Below are positions 10,330-24,439 of a stretch of DNA of 64,000 nt, piece after piece (the stretch's first letter is position 1; the number at the start of each line of letters is the position of its first letter). The position numbers and the translations under genes are program-made. The notes under the pieces were generated by a model, which had not been told where the DNA came from, made no database searches, and was given only the letters and a program-made list of their open reading frames with translations. Source of the DNA: Spirogloea muscicola (Eukaryota); the NCBI GenBank assembly GCA_009602725.1, contig WELB01000021.1, positions 803,502-867,501 on the forward strand. Reading direction: 5' to 3'.

Positions 10330-12500
10330 TTAGAATAAAAGACGCTTCCAGGAGAGGGCGGTGGCTGGGAGGGGCCAGCACAGAAGAACGAATGACCAAA
10401 GTTCGATGGGTCCAGGGAAAAGCGCTAAAGCTAGCACACATCGTATCAAGCAGCTACGAAATACTCAGTAACCCCTGCTAAGCAGCCTCAGATGTTTAGG
10501 GCCCCTCTCTTACCTTTAGCCTCGAGCTGCCCACGTGTGCGGCAGCGCGTGATGGGACAGACAGCTATAGGCTGAAAGCTTGGGGTTGCCTTCAAGACTT
10601 GATCCATTCTACTGGGCTCGCCTTTCGTCTACTTCCCTATGGACCCGGCAAGTGGACGCCTCCGCCGTCGTAGCTGCGCAAATTCCAGCTAAGGAAATGT
10701 GAAAGAGAATCGACTCGGTCTAGGGTGCAGCCCCAATAGAAACAGCCCTTTCAATTTTCGGCAATGGCTGTGAGAGGCAGAAGGCGCGCGGCGCACATAA
10801 ACTGAAGCGGAGGCCAAATCACAGCACGGTCAGCACCTGCGAGCTGGCCGTGCCGTGCTCTAGCTGCAGCCTCTGGCTTTCGTCAGGGGGATTGCTTCCC
10901 GGCTGCTAGTCTTACGAATTTGCGGCTCCTCACTCGTGGTCACTCGTGACGTCTTAGAGCCTAGTATCTGCTTTTTGCACCATCCGGCCCTTTCCGAACC
11001 TGTACATTCCTTTGGGCTGGCCTCTCACAGCCACTGCTGTCAATTTGGAAGAGCTGTTTCCTTCACTATGTGATCCATCCTACACAAGCTCTGAGACAGT
11101 GCTTTTCGGCCCATTCTGACCTTGCCCATTGTTTTCGGGCTGGCTGTTCACGGCCATGGCCCTTTAGGAGAGCCACTTGTCCTTTTGGAAGAGCTCACTT
11201 CTTTTCTCAGTGTAGGGTATTGGCTGTGAGAGGCCAGCTCAAAGAATTGAACAAGCGCAGACGGACAAATAATTTCAGTGACTTCTGCCAAAAATGGGCC
11301 GCAGACCAGTGCATAAGCTCCGCTTGGCCTCCCTTATGGATGATGCGCACCGTGCAAAGTCTCCCTCTCTTAGCTATTAGGCCCCTTAGCATAGGGCTTC
11401 GCTTAGTTCAGGCCCATCGTTTGCACTAGCTTTTGCCTGAACAGAGCGTTTGCTTCATATGGCCTCCCTCTCGTTCAATGTACACCGCGCGTCTTCTCTC
11501 CTGCAGAGGAGCAGGTGTTGGTCGAGAACATCTCACTCACTTTAAGAAGGTGGCTGGGTCGAGAAGTTCGCCGAACAGCAGATTCACAGGCAGAATGCAA
11601 TGTGTGGCTTGGGCAGGCTGTGCGCGTATGAGCAAGTGGCTTGTACTCCATTGGGCTGGCCTCTCCCTCTTCTCATAGCCATTGCCCCCATTAGAATAGC
11701 TCCTTCTGTCCGAGGTGGGGTGAAGATTTTTACCTTGAGGGTCTCCTGGGATCACGGAAGCACTGTAGGAGATGTGCTAGCAGCAGGCACACCGCCACTC
11801 CAGTGGAATAGTTGTTGGCCGTCAGCCAGTTAGAATAATTTTGACAAGGTCAATAAGGGGCCGAAGAGCGACTACCACGAAGCTACATACAAGCGGGGGC
11901 GAGAAAAGCAGCTCTCAAAGGGGTGAGGGCTGTGAACAGCCAGCCAGCTTAGAGTGTACAAGGTAAGGCGAGGTGGACGAGGCGAGAGGAGAAGTGGCTG
12001 TTGTCAAGACCACAGCAGGCACCCGTTGTGGTCTTCAACAAATTGTCACCGGCGCCTCTGGACCTTCTTCATTCTTTGTGGGCGAAATGACTTCTTCCCA
12101 GCCCTCGCCTTTGCACCTGAGCTGCTTCTCCTCGGCTTCGCAGCAAGACGGCGTCAGCCATTTCAGCTGGAGACGAGGCGGCCCAACCAAGTTGGCAAGT
12201 TGTGCCCGGCGAGAGTCGTAAGAAAGAAAGACTCTTCAGTAGAAAGGAATGTGGCTCTCCCAATGGGGGCAAGGGGTGTGAACAGCCAGCCATAAAAAAT
12301 TGACGAACTCCGAAGGGACCAAAAGCGCTGTCTCAGAGCTTGGCCTGTAGGACGTATCACTCAGTAAGCACGAGTGAGGGCCGGAAATCAGAAAAACTAC
12401 AATGAAAGTGGCTCTGCCAAAGAAAGGGGGCGAGGGGTTTAGGGTAGAGGACGATGGCCGTGATTGGCCAGACCAGAAGAGAATGAACAATGCTCGAAGG
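10330..12500. repeat. Cluster of retroelement 3' ends and stem-loops in both orientations
   Basis: Copies near 10330-10490(-), 10860-11070(+), 11120-11200(+), 11220-11255(-), 11905-11950(-), 12250-12310(-) and 12410-12490(-). Confidence 0.7.
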
Positions 12501-15500
12501 GGCCAGAAAAACATTGAAGCGCGAGAAAGTCAAGCCGCCCGGGCCTGTGTGGGCGGCACGACTACTCTTCCACTGCGGGCGGCAAACGGCGGCCGTCTTG
12601 TCGACGCCGCTATGAGCTTGTGCCTTACACCTGACTCCGCACCCAGACACCAACGTGGGCAACAACGTCGTCACTCCATTCTGAAAAAGCTCTCAAGTAA
12701 CGCCGTGAGGGTTTTTAACAGTTGGTAGAATTTGTATCAAGACATAAGCTGTGAGGAATGATGTCATATTGGAAGGGAAGCAAGGACAAAATATTGGTTG
12801 CATGATTTCTCGTGCAGGTCTATGATTGAGAGTGTGATGCATCTACCAGAACAAAGCACTGCCTCCACAAGGGACGAAAGGTTCTGAAGATTGTTGCAAG
12901 AGTTGGCTGTCATTACCAGCAGGTCGTCTGTGCTCCTTGGGGCCAGAGTCATCAATGTCTGCAATATTACCGTGAGTGAAGCTGGGAACCCTGCCTGTTA
13001 TCCATATGTCCACTGCCGCTGTCTTCTCTTGCACTGCCTTGCCTTGTTGTACATGACATCTTTGCGAACTGTCATGTACTACAGGCCACTAACCTGTCTG
13101 CTTCAAGTGCATCAGCAGTGAAATTATCCGCGAGTCGGAAGCGAGATTGTTGGAAACAGGCAAACCAACAGCAAGCAAGAGTGACTAGTAGGTCACAGCG
13201 CAGCTCGGTCCAATCTAGCAGCTCCACCCTTCATCCCTTGCTTGCAAGACAATCTTCATAATGACTGCAAGCTGCCGACCAACATCGCATGCATGACACA
13301 GACCTGCAACCCTCCCCTCCTGCAACCCTCCCCTCCCAAGCATGGACAAAGAGCCTCTTATGCATTTCCTGCTTCGACTCTTCAGGTCTGGTTGGACAAA
13401 TTACCAGAGAGTTCTGCTACGTGGTAGCACCCGCCGTCACCTGTAGGGATTGCCTGCAGATTTTATCAGGAGCTCCCTAGCACTGGTGGGACTCAGTCAG
13501 AAAGAAATTCACTCCTGAGGCTTATAAGGAATGAGCAATCTTCCTCGCGCTCTTTCTCCACATAAATCGGACAAGAAGCGCTGGAAGAACTCCCAGATAG
13601 CATACACGTCGGGAGTTATTTACTTCTTACCAAGTACCGCTGTTGGTAGGACCCTATACTAGGATAGGTGGCGGCGGACCCCAAAAGATGCCATATCATA
13701 CAATATATTACAAATAACCCATTCCGCCATTCCAAACAACCAGGCCGAAAGCCTCCGCGGTTGGTCTAGCCGGAATTCTGCGACAGGGACGCCCATGCCA
13801 CGTGTCCGCCTGGCCCAAGCACAACATGTGCCTACTCCAAGACTTCTGAAGCCCCCGCTGACAGGTAAAGAGCAAACCAAGGAAGGCTTGCACTGCATTG
13901 TACAACGCCGCCAACAGGGCGTAGGAAGCAGGGTCCACCACACATGTAGCTACTTCCAGGTGCCCATAAGTAGTGGCGATTTGGTGAACGTCCCCGGCAG
14001 ACGGGCCATCAAGATCTGAAGCTGGGTCGAGCTGTGCCAGCTCCTTGACAGATTGCTCAAATTTCAGCCTGTTGCACTGCCGGCTGAAGAGAGCTAGGGC
14101 TCAGACTGTGACTACATGCCTTTCACAGGAGTACTGAGTCTGGTCAAGTCAGGTGCCAAAGGTGGGTTCGCGCTTCAAAGCTGCGATGCAAAGGATAGCT
14201 GTGGATTGTTGCACCAGGCCACCAGCAAACATGACCGCCTCCTAACCCACAATCCCACCAGCAAGACAGGCAAACTACTGCAGGCCAACTCCATGCACAG
14301 TTCATTGTCACGTCATAAGTGGTGCTGGTCTCTTGCTCCAGACACTTGCCCCCAAAAAGGTGGAGCTGTTGAAAAGTCGGCAAAAAGCTCGTTACGAGAC
14401 TGTAAGGCTGCATACTCCATCTGCGGGGAGCCCGTTGGCTGATTGCAAGTCCCCATCCAGCACTCCTGCAGGAAGGACAACATTTGTATAAGGTACGATG
14501 TTCATATGACTGGAGAGGCAGGGGCTCTTGACGACCCTGGCACTTGTGGGCCTTATCTAACACTCGCTGAAGAAGCTGCTGAAGAGGCTGTGTGGCTACC
14601 AGCCCTGCAAAGTTAGCCCAGGGGGTTTGCACGCCTGCCCGCGCTCCCATGCTTCCATGGTCATTGATATACCTGCTGCCAGCCTTGGCAACCTGCAGAA
14701 AGAGTGCCATTGCAGTCTCGGGACGTGACCTGACCTACTGCTTGTTGTCTCAGATGGCCGCCACAGTGCCGCAAAGCCACAACATCTGTTTGGCATCTCC
14801 TATATTGGTCGTCTCCTGCCACTGTCTCACGACCCAGAGGCTGGAAGATACGGCAGGATGTACACGTTGGAGGAAGATGAAGACCAGCATAGAGATACTG
14901 CGGTCAGCCGGAGCTGCATCAGTATGGCTGACGAGCTGAGGACCCATGAAGTCGGACCCCCTGGAGCACAAGCTACGCGCTTGGCGGCGAGGCAGTCGCA
15001 GGTGCAGTGCCATCCGATGGGGCGGCAGGGCATGTCACTAGTGGAGACGAGGCCGCAGTGGCGCTAGAGGCGGCCATGAGGGCGTGGCGGCAGCCATGGC
15101 GACGTCGCAAGCAAGGCAGCGAGAGGAGCATTGGCCAGGATTGGGAGGCCGCTTTGTATCTCCAAGGACAGCCGCCGTCGCTGGACGCACCTTGGGGGTA
15201 GCGAGCGCGGAACGTGGTGGGGTTCAGGCGTTGGTAACGAGACAACCGGGGCGTTGCGCAGCCATTGCCTTACGTTTGTAGTGTCGGTATTTTCAGACCG
15301 GCTTGTGGGCGGCCGGATGTTAAGAATGAAGGAGCGGGGTGCGCAAGAACTGAAGGGAGGCCAAGTCGAGTCACTCAATTGTTCGAACAAAAGCTAGTGC
15401 ATGAAGTTGGTGCTACATGAAGCGAAGCTCTGTAATGAAGGGGAGCTAAGGTAACAGTGTTGGGGCGGGACAGCAAGGGGTAGAGGGTGAGCTCTTCCAG

Positions 15501-15749
15501 CAAAATATGCGGCTGCTGAAATGATATAAACAAATGGAGGATTCTAGAACCCACCATCGAGCACGTGTTGTGTACGTGCAAGAATTTCCTGGTGGGACAG
15601 GTAATTCGGACGACAAGAAGCTGTAAGAAACGGTGACGATGGGCGTGAAAGGGCCAGCCCAAGTACAAGGACAAGGTCCTAAGGGGCCGGAAAGCTCTAT
15701 TCATTCCAGCAAAGCTAGTGTACAGATGACCATTGAATGACCTCTAGTC

Positions 15750-17163
15750 AAACTGCCACAGGTCGAATAGGTAGCAGCAGGAAAGGAGTGGCCCCGCCAA
15801 TAGCTTGCGGCTGGACGTGCAACATCTGCCCAGTGCCGGTCATCGTAGCCACCAGTGTCAAAGTAAAGGCTGTCTACTTACTGGACCTGCTATTGCTGGG
15901 TCTCACCAAAGCTGTGAGCAGTGTTTCAGTGCCTGAAATCCTCCTATTTGCCAGTCTAAAAAGTTGGCAAAGCGCGGCATTCCAAAGGTCTGTTGTATGG
16001 CAGAGTGAATGAGAACAAGCACAAGGACCACCAAAAAGGCCGTAGCAGTGTAGTGTGAATCTACTGCCCACCTGCGGAAGGCAACAGCTCAACATTAGTG
16101 CCCTCTCCTTGAAGCAATCAGATCAACCATGAGCAATCACATGCTTTAGCTGCTCAACCACCAGTGTCCATTATGTGATACCACTTCTGATGGCCCACGT
16201 CATGGAGATGACAGCTAGCATCAGATTGTAAAGCAAATTCTACGGCAGACTGGTGTGGGGTATCTCATGCTGGAGAAACAGATGCCGACATTGCAGGAAT
16301 GCAGAGTGTGGGATGGCATCATCCATCCCTCCTCATTGCTCATCGCTTCCCTTTCTTTACTCTCCTAGACAGTAGGCTCTTGGAGCTTTTAACATAAGCA
16401 GCATCAACATGTTCACGTTCACAAACGCCTACAAGACGGCATGTCTGGAGAGGAGCAAACGCTCATACCTCTTGAGTGGTTGACTCTCTTGAGTATTCAT
16501 ATCCAGCAGCACAAGCGGCAGGTGACCTTTAGCTTCATGATCCAAGGCTCGCAATATCAGAAAGTGCTGGACAATAAAATCGTTACGCGCTGCTTGCAGA
16601 AGCCCAGGGCAGGCGGCTGGAAACCACAACTGCAGAGGGATCCAGCACATTGTCAACAATTGCATCAGTAGGTATTCCGCAAGCAGGTCAATGAGAGCAA
16701 ATGGCGAGAGAGGAAGTAAAGTGCGTGAGAAAGTACTTCAATGTATTGGTCAAATTTCATAGCTCGTTCTATGAAGGAGCTGACAAGGTATGCTCATGCA
16801 TCATCGGCCCGCAGAGGGTGTTGCTGAGCAAGAGGAACAGTGTTGTTTCTAAGGCATGCGCGTCTGCTCGCGACTCCTCAGCGCGAATAAAGCTCCGCGC
16901 ACTTACGGCCTCACCTTAGGGAATGATCTGCAGTTGCGGGAGGCTTCTTGCATGGCCTCAAAGAACCTCTCGAGGGCCTTCATGCAAGCTGGTGTCAATG
17001 TCATGCCCATCTTGGACAATTCGGCTTTTGCAGCTTGAATGTCATTGTAACCTTGATCCAAGAGCTGAACGAGACTCTTGGCTTTCTGTGGAAGGCTCTG
17101 TGACTTCACCGACCACTGACTCAGAACCCCTTCACCAATGAGCTTGACGACTTTGTGGAAGGT
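15750..17163 (-). pseudogene. Unrecognised helical-exon family, copy A
   Basis: Phase-0 exon 17163-16915 ends ..ALERFFEAMQEASRNCRSFPK|GT. An exon from 16629 begins LWFPAAC. A Cys-rich remnant lies near 15760-15830. The 5' end is unresolved. Confidence 0.6.
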
Positions 17164-20100
17164 CTGCAGTGCAGGACATGCCAAACATGAATCACCCACA
17201 ATGAGAGCAAGCATACAAAAGATAAAGAAGCAACCAAGAGGTAGAAGCTGCAGAAGACAGAAAATCAGAATAAGTGCTGTGCGCGTTTGCCATAATCATC
17301 GGTCCTGCTGCCTGCAATCTGTCTTGTGAGCACAATGTATACACAGTGCCACATTGTAATGCACGTGTGGAACCTTTTACAATGTGGCGCTTCTAGATGT
17401 ACCCGTCTGCAAGGCAAGGCAGGCTTCCCGAGAAGAGTGCAAGTCCTACAACGGCTGTTCTCACCAATGCTGGCTGGCTGCAGTCATCTTGCCTGGTTGA
17501 TGATGTTGACATTACTAATTTCAGTGGAGCAAGAGTGTGTGGGATCTTCCTGCCACCCTTGCTCCCGCTTGAGTCATAATTTTGGAGTGTCTTCATGTGC
17601 GTGGCGCTCCGGGCCCTGCCCATGTTCCTGAGAGCTGCAAGCGACGCACACGGCGTCGTTGTGTCGTGTTGGACTTGAGAGCCCTAGCAGCAGGGGCAGC
17701 AGCGGCACAGCTTTGGGTGGTGGGAGCTGGAAGTGCAAGCAAGCTGCTTGTGGCGAGGTGGCTGAGAAACTAGGCCGAACGAGAAGTGTGACGTGGCTGT
17801 GCAAAGAGTCGTGGCTTGGTCCGGAGGCTAGCCGCGTGGCCGCCTATGACTTTTGGTGCAACGGGATTGGACTGTAATCGTATCATCGTCCTGCCGCCCA
17901 GAGCTGGAGTCGTGCCACCTGGGCGGCTGGGGGGCGGGCTTGACCCTCCGGACGACCAACCAATCCCCCGCCCACTTTCTCCCCCCCCCTCCCTCCAACC
18001 CCCCACTTCGCCCTCCCTCCTGCCACCTTTAATTTCCATTCCTCCGAAGAATGTATTGGCTTGAATGTGGTCACCATCAGATCAAGCGCACGCGCGCCTT
18101 CTCGCACTTGAAGGCCTCCCCCAACCGCTTCCTGCTTAGTCCGTGTGAGTCATCTTATCGCTAGCCGCGACGACTCTCTCGCCGCCACTCTTGGTTCGCG
18201 GGCCGAGCACCCCTTCTCCGACCCGTCGCCCCCAAAGCGGCGGCGCGCTTGATGCCAGCAGGGCTCCCACGGCCCCACCGTGAGTTCAAGCGTCCTCAAA
18301 GCCCCGTCTCCAACACCCTTGGCAGACGAGGCTCACGCCGTTCGTGTCCGCTCCGCTTAAACCCCTCTGCCGGTCCGCACAGGGCAGGGTTCTGCATTGG
18401 CGAGCTTCGCATTCAACACTCGCATCTGCGGTCCTTGCCGAGGGCACCTGTCTCGGCGGACGTTGTACACGACCACGCTTGAAGAGCACCGCGACATCTT
18501 CGAGCTGCCGCCATCCCTTGTAAGCGGACAATGTAGGTGAGGGAACCTCCCGGAAGCGCCAGACTGAAGCGCAGCCTCGCAATGCCCCTTCTGTTACCTA
18601 TTCTGAGCACTTTGCTGTGACTGCACATGGATATCAAACCAGTACCTTGCCTATGATCAACCCATCGCCGGCTAGCATGTTCACTATCTCGACATTTCCA
18701 TGGTTGGAAGCACTGCGCTGCTTCCTTGCTTGCAAGCCCGCTCAAGGCGGCTCCAGCCGGCCCCCTCCACTGACAATGGCTTGAGGTCCCCTTCTCCAGT
18801 TATTGGATTGTACAAGCGCGGCACTGTGTCTGCTAGTGAGCTTTGCATTAGCCTCTCTGGCACTCTGGCACCAACAAGCCCCTCGACACTCAGAGACAGC
18901 GCTCAACAGACGTGAGCCCTTATCCTCTATGTCAATGGCTGCAAACATGGTTTTGGAAGGACATCCATAAGCCCATTAGAGGGTCAGAAAGGATGGACAA
19001 GACTCTGATCTGTGTCAAATAATTAGACCGAGACCCACGGCAACACAGTCATGCAGCAATACATTTCAAACGACAATGCCTGGCGCAGTAGCTACTGCTT
19101 AATGGACCAGTGTGCCAGCTAGGCCTCCTAAGAATGCATACTGTCCTACAATCTGAACACCCTTACTCCTTCTATGCTATGCTGCAGGTTGCTTCCTTGT
19201 TCAAAAGGCGGCTGTGAGGTGTGCAGATAAAGTGTTCGGCATAGTGAGGTAACCATGATGTCAGGAGTCTATCTATCTCTGTTGAGAATAAGACATGTGT
19301 GTTATGGAAATGTGCTGGAAATTGCAGGCTTCCCTACTTACATAGCCACAATAAAAAATGCAGATGTAATTCTTCCACGTGCTTCCAGCTTCCAAGCATA
19401 GTTGGTCGTGAACTGGGTTTATGGCTGGGTTCTACTTGCCAGCAATGTGTTCCACAGCTTGCCAACTGTCACTGCACGATGCTTCATGCAGTGATAGTGA
19501 GTAGGGAGGTGGCAGCTATTGTGGTCAGTTCTGGTCATCCCCTTTCACCCCAGACGAAGCCCTCGGCTCAGAAATTAAGATTTCAGGTTCAGACTTGATC
19601 ATCCCCATGTGCACTGAAGATTTGTAAATCTGACTGACTTTGGTCTCAGACCTTCAGCCCCTCAGGGCTTCAAGTTGACGTGAGGAGAAGCTGAGCAAGT
19701 TCATAGCTGCTTCTGTGATATGCAGGCCGGTTAGAACCTTGCTGATAACAGTCTACCAAGACAATGAGCTCCTTGTAGCTCAGGTAGGAGTATTGTGATG
19801 CCTTCTACCCTTCCCAAGTACAGTCAGGACCTACTTGCACCTACAGAAGATAAGACCATTTGGTTGGTGCCAGAACGATGCGACGTGCACGTCCCTCAGA
19901 GAGGACGGTAAGCAAATCATTTGTCAGCAAGAGAGCAAGCCCACAGAGATAAAGATAGCTGACACGCATCTGCCACTAAAGTAGACTCACCTACTTTAAG
20001 GGTTGGCCATGTGTGTGCACCTGTATTGCTTCTGTAATCCAAGAACTGCATTGAGGTATATCAGCATGCTCTTGCAGCCCAAGCATACAGGCAAAGACCT

Positions 20101-21899
20101 GTCAAAGCAAGCTGTTGCACTGCAGCGAATCAGGACTTGACCTCATTTCAGTCTACCTGATTGTGCAGGAGGCATCCGATAGGGCTGCACATAATTATGT
20201 GATGAACATTTGTGATTCATGGGAGAGGCTTAACAATGATCTGACCAGAGTAGATCGTGACGCATGTCATTGCAGGCCTTGGTACCTCTCTTGTATGGTC
20301 GTTGCGATTAGTACAGCAGCTGTAGTTTTTGCCGGGGCTATGGCAGGTGTAGGATCTCAAATTTCATGGCTTAGGCCTAGGGAGTAGGTGTGGGTGTCTT
20401 AGCGGCTGCAGCTTCTTTGACAAGCCGGCTCTTCATCTGTCCCAGATTGTGAGGGGTTGAAGCCTAACTCGTAGTTGCTTTGAGAAAAGTGATGTTGGTT
20501 AAATTCAAGCTGGGTTGTTCTTACTCACTCACTTGAATAGCTTGGACGAATTCAAACTTGCCCCCAAATTGTCCCTACGTGCACATGACTTGGCGGCCTC
20601 TGCCTGCCACAGGCAGCCTTTATTTTGTCACAAGTGGGGTATTTTGTCACAACTCAGCTTGTCATCGTCATCACACGTAGAACATACCCTCTAATACCTA
20701 ATAGATCGAAACAGAGACAGTCAATGCAGGCTGTCCAGGCTCTTCAAAGACGAATGTATTGTCGATCACAGATTCAACACCTTGATCTGTGTTGATCTGT
20801 GAAGAGCCCACCTGATGTCATCTGTCTCGTACATACACATAGATCGCCGCTCCAAAGGGAGCTCGGCCGCATGTAGTGCCGCCTGGACGATGCAAGTGCC
20901 AGACAGGCAAGGCCCATGTAAAGCAGACTGGCATTGGGAGCCGGGGCTCTCCGTCCTAATTGCCTAGGGGACTTAGTGTGAAGGTGGTGCTTGGTTATTA
21001 TCTAAGTGCGGCACTGGCAAGCTTGTGAGCCATTCAGCTGCATCAGCGGAACTATACATGACCGACCCCCTCTACATGGGTTGATGGTAAAGGATATGGG
21101 GCGTTGAAGATTGGCTTGGATGGCGGTGGCATACTGACGCAGATGCTGGTGTTTATCTTGTAAAAGATGTTACATAGGAAAGGAAATGTCAATCAAACTG
21201 GGAAAGGTCCGCTTGACAAGAACCTGGAGATACTGCCACGCCTCCCAAAAAGCCAACAGGGGAGTTATTGTCCTTGAGAGGGTGCACTAGACCAGAGTCT
21301 AGTGAAGCGAGACGGCTGGAGCTAGTGTGGAAGCTGGCACATAGAATGATGAATCAAGGCGACCCTGTGGAGGCTCCCAGTGGTGGGAGACTCTCATTGC
21401 TCCTAGTAGTTGACAAAAGAGAGAAGCCCTTTCGAAAGTGAGTAACTCTTTCAGAGGAGGCGGTGGCTGTGAAGTGCCAGCCCTAAGAAAATGAACAAAG
21501 TCAGAGGAAGCAGAAAGCAGATATCATTGAGAAAAGCGTCCACTGAGGAGAGCCGCTCAATAAGCCCTCAGTCAGCGGCCTCCTTCCATAAGCAGGCTGT
21601 GGCTGTGAAAGGGCAGCTCATAAAGAGTTTGCAAAGGTCAGTCGGATTGAAGTCGGCCCATGGCACTGTAAGTGTGCCTTGCCCCATTGCGGTGAACCAT
21701 CTGCAGGAAGCAGGCAAGCCTTAGCTAGTAGGCACTTACTGCACTACTGGAGATGGCCTAAAGTAAGTCGAGGTAGCTGTAGCAGCACGAACCTCGGTCA
21801 AAGAGCAAAAGTGAGTGCCTCTGGGGCAAAAGCTTGTAAATTGCAATGTTAGTCTGGCGGTGTGCCAGAGAAAGGAGATACTATTTTGAGCTGGCGACA

Positions 21900-24400
21900 T
21901 AGGCGGAAGGAAGCAATGGCTGTGGAAGGCCAGCCCAAAGGACTGGAGAAGAGAATGTGTGGGGTACTTGCAGCTCAGGACGCGCTTCTTGTGCTTGGGC
22001 TTGGCTGCTCGAGCGTCCTTAGACTAGCTACGAGTGGCAAGCTTGAAGCAATAATTGTCTTTCAGTCGGATGGCGCCAGAAAGAGACTGAGAAGTCAATG
22101 CCAAGATTTGCCAGTATCCCGTCAATATAAAGACTATCCTGCACAACAAGCGCGATTGATCTGTTGCCGGCAGGCTGTATTGCGCTCCTTGCGCTCCTTG
22201 GCACCTGCCGCTTGGCAGACTGCATAGCCCGCCTCCTCCGCCCATTGGTGAAAATTCCTGGAGTCAAAGCAGTTGGTAACAATGACTGCTTTATGATCTG
22301 GGGGCCCTTGCCCAGCGTGCTCGCGAAGAGGTCCCCACGACGCGCGTGTCGACGGCCATCCGCCCAAGTGTGATGGGCATGACATGGAGTTCTCCATGGC
22401 AACGTTGTAACTCGCCTCCAGGAAGACACCATACATGGTGTTCCTGAGGAGGTCGTGTGTGCCGGTCCACTCTTTTCCCATGCGCAGTGGTGTGCGCCGC
22501 CATCGCCGCTGCCTCTGAGCTGCGCTCTCCACACTTGCATTGCACCAACTTACTGAGGCAGGGTGGATGGAGGCCAAAAAGGCGGTGGACAGCCGTGCGG
22601 AAGATGTCATCGGGCATGCTGAGCGCCGCATAGATTGGGAGGGCCGTCAAGCATGCCGCCGCCCCTGGGGAAGAAGCCAACAATATCCGGGTGCACCTAC
22701 AAGTGTCATCCTTGACTAGGAGGTCGACAGCCTGGTCGAAGGCCGCCTTCTCCACCTCCGCCAAGTACCCGCGCCTGAGCACGCAAGTTGGGTTTGTGTG
22801 TAAGGTGCGGAAACAGGACAGCCCGTTGCGTCAGGTCGGGGTGGGATGCTAGCAGCACATCACGGCCTAAGCATAGGGCCGCCTGGAAAGGTAGCGGGCC
22901 AGTCCCACATCCGCTTCCTTCTGCTCCAGGGCGCAACAGCTGTGCTGGATGAAGCGCCGGGACAGGGAAGCGGCAACCTGCGCCCAGCTGCCCAGGTACG
23001 CCACTTCATAGGCGTGCGTAAGTGGGCGCAAGCGAAACCGCCGCAACTGACGGGCAGGAAAGACTGCTGCAGAGCGGCTGGCGTGTTGAGAGAGGCCAAG
23101 TGCTGGAGCGAGAGCCGCCGCGCTTGCCAGGTTGCTGGCGTTGAAGGACTCGTAAGCCGCCTACAGGGCCAAATAGGGAGGAAGTGCCCAGGCCAGGAAC
23201 TATGGGCGCTGTACAATAAAGCTGTGCAGCATGGGGTGCGCCAGCTGCATGTCCAGCAGCTCTGGGAGGCGGTCCACCAAACGGAGGTGATCCTGCAGCC
23301 GGGCCGGCAGCGATTTCACCAAAGGCCGGTGCACCTCCGGGGAGGACAAGGAGGGTGAGGCCGCCTAGAGGCGTCTGACAGTAGGAGGGCAACTGCAGGG
23401 GCGACTGTCAGGCCCTGCAGTGACCAAGCACTGCACTTCTCGGCGCGGACGGACAGGCAAGACCCCGCGGACGGACAGGCAAACCCTCCCAGCTGCCCTA
23501 GAAGGGTGGCGAAGGGGGACACACCTCGTCTGGCTAGCTCACCAGCGTGCTGTTGTTGGCGTAAGTAGGCGCAAGGACGCCGGTGTGTGCTGCGGCCATG
23601 GCCGTCAGCGCCAGGTTATGTGCCAGCGGGTAGAAGAACGAAGCTCGCCAATGGATCCCCTTGCCTTATGCTGTGGCCAACGCGGAGAGCTCGGCGGACG
23701 CTTGCTGCCCTGTCTGGCGTTGGCGCCGCCCGTGAGGCGCGGCGGTAGATTACTTATACGACCACCGCGGCATCATGCTGCGCCAGGAACTCCTCCCAGA
23801 CCCAACTATCGGAATGCTGCGCCAGGAACTCCTCCCAGACCCAACTATCGGAGAGGAGGATGCGCTCCAAGAGAATTGGCGGCCCTGACTGGGGTGGGGC
23901 TGGCCCTGGAGGGACTTGCCGGCCTGGGCCGTCACGGCTGCCACCGGCGGGCGGAAGGAGGAGGGGAGGACAACGGTGGCGGAGGCGGCAGGGACAGCGG
24001 CGGTACCGGTGGTGGCAAAGGGGGCTTTGATGAAGAAGAAGGCAGAGGCGGCAGGTGCTAGTGGGCGAGATGGAAGTGACGATGGTGACGGTAAAGGAGG
24101 CAGTGGCGGCGGCGGCGGTGAGGGAGCGGGCGGAGGTGGCGATGACGGAGGCGATGGTGGAGGTGAGGGCGGTGGAGACGGCAGAGGCAGTCGTGGCGGC
24201 GGCGGAGGTGGTGTAGACTGAGCAGAGAGAGCGTGGCGGAGAGACCGGACGGAGACAGCGGCTCATGGGCGCCAGACGGTCGCCGGAGGAGTCGCTTGAT
24301 GGGGCCCAGCCGCGGCGGGGGGCGCAGCAGCGGCGGGGAGGGGCGCCGCGGGCTTGCTGCTCGCCGCGGACGCCATGGCGGCCGGCCCCAGGTTCAGGGC
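21900..24400 (-). mobile_element. CRE-like element with 5' region retained and most of the RT core deleted
   Basis: Low-complexity Ala/Thr/Ser/Pro N-terminal region, then an abrupt junction near 23460 to LSVRAEKCSAWS and GLTLLVLPG (RT domain 6/7-like), LPVSCGG, GPLPFQAAL, SSPGAAACL, QCKCG, THD, GVFLEA. No YxDD seen. Ends approximate. Confidence 0.75.
23775..23852. repeat. Perfect 39-bp tandem duplication
   Basis: ATGCTGCGCCAGGAACTCCTCCCAGACCCAACTATCGGA x2. It reads SDSWVWEEFLAQH twice, in frame, on the - strand. Confidence 0.95.
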
Positions 24401-24439
24401 TCCAGGCTCAGGGGTTGTTGGGTCTTCGGGCTGTAGGGG

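Noticed and set aside
12430..12450. Telomere-like TTTAGGG/CCCTAAA words (also about 4505 and 29483)
   Set aside because: Single units only, so no evidence of telomeric arrays or telomere targeting.
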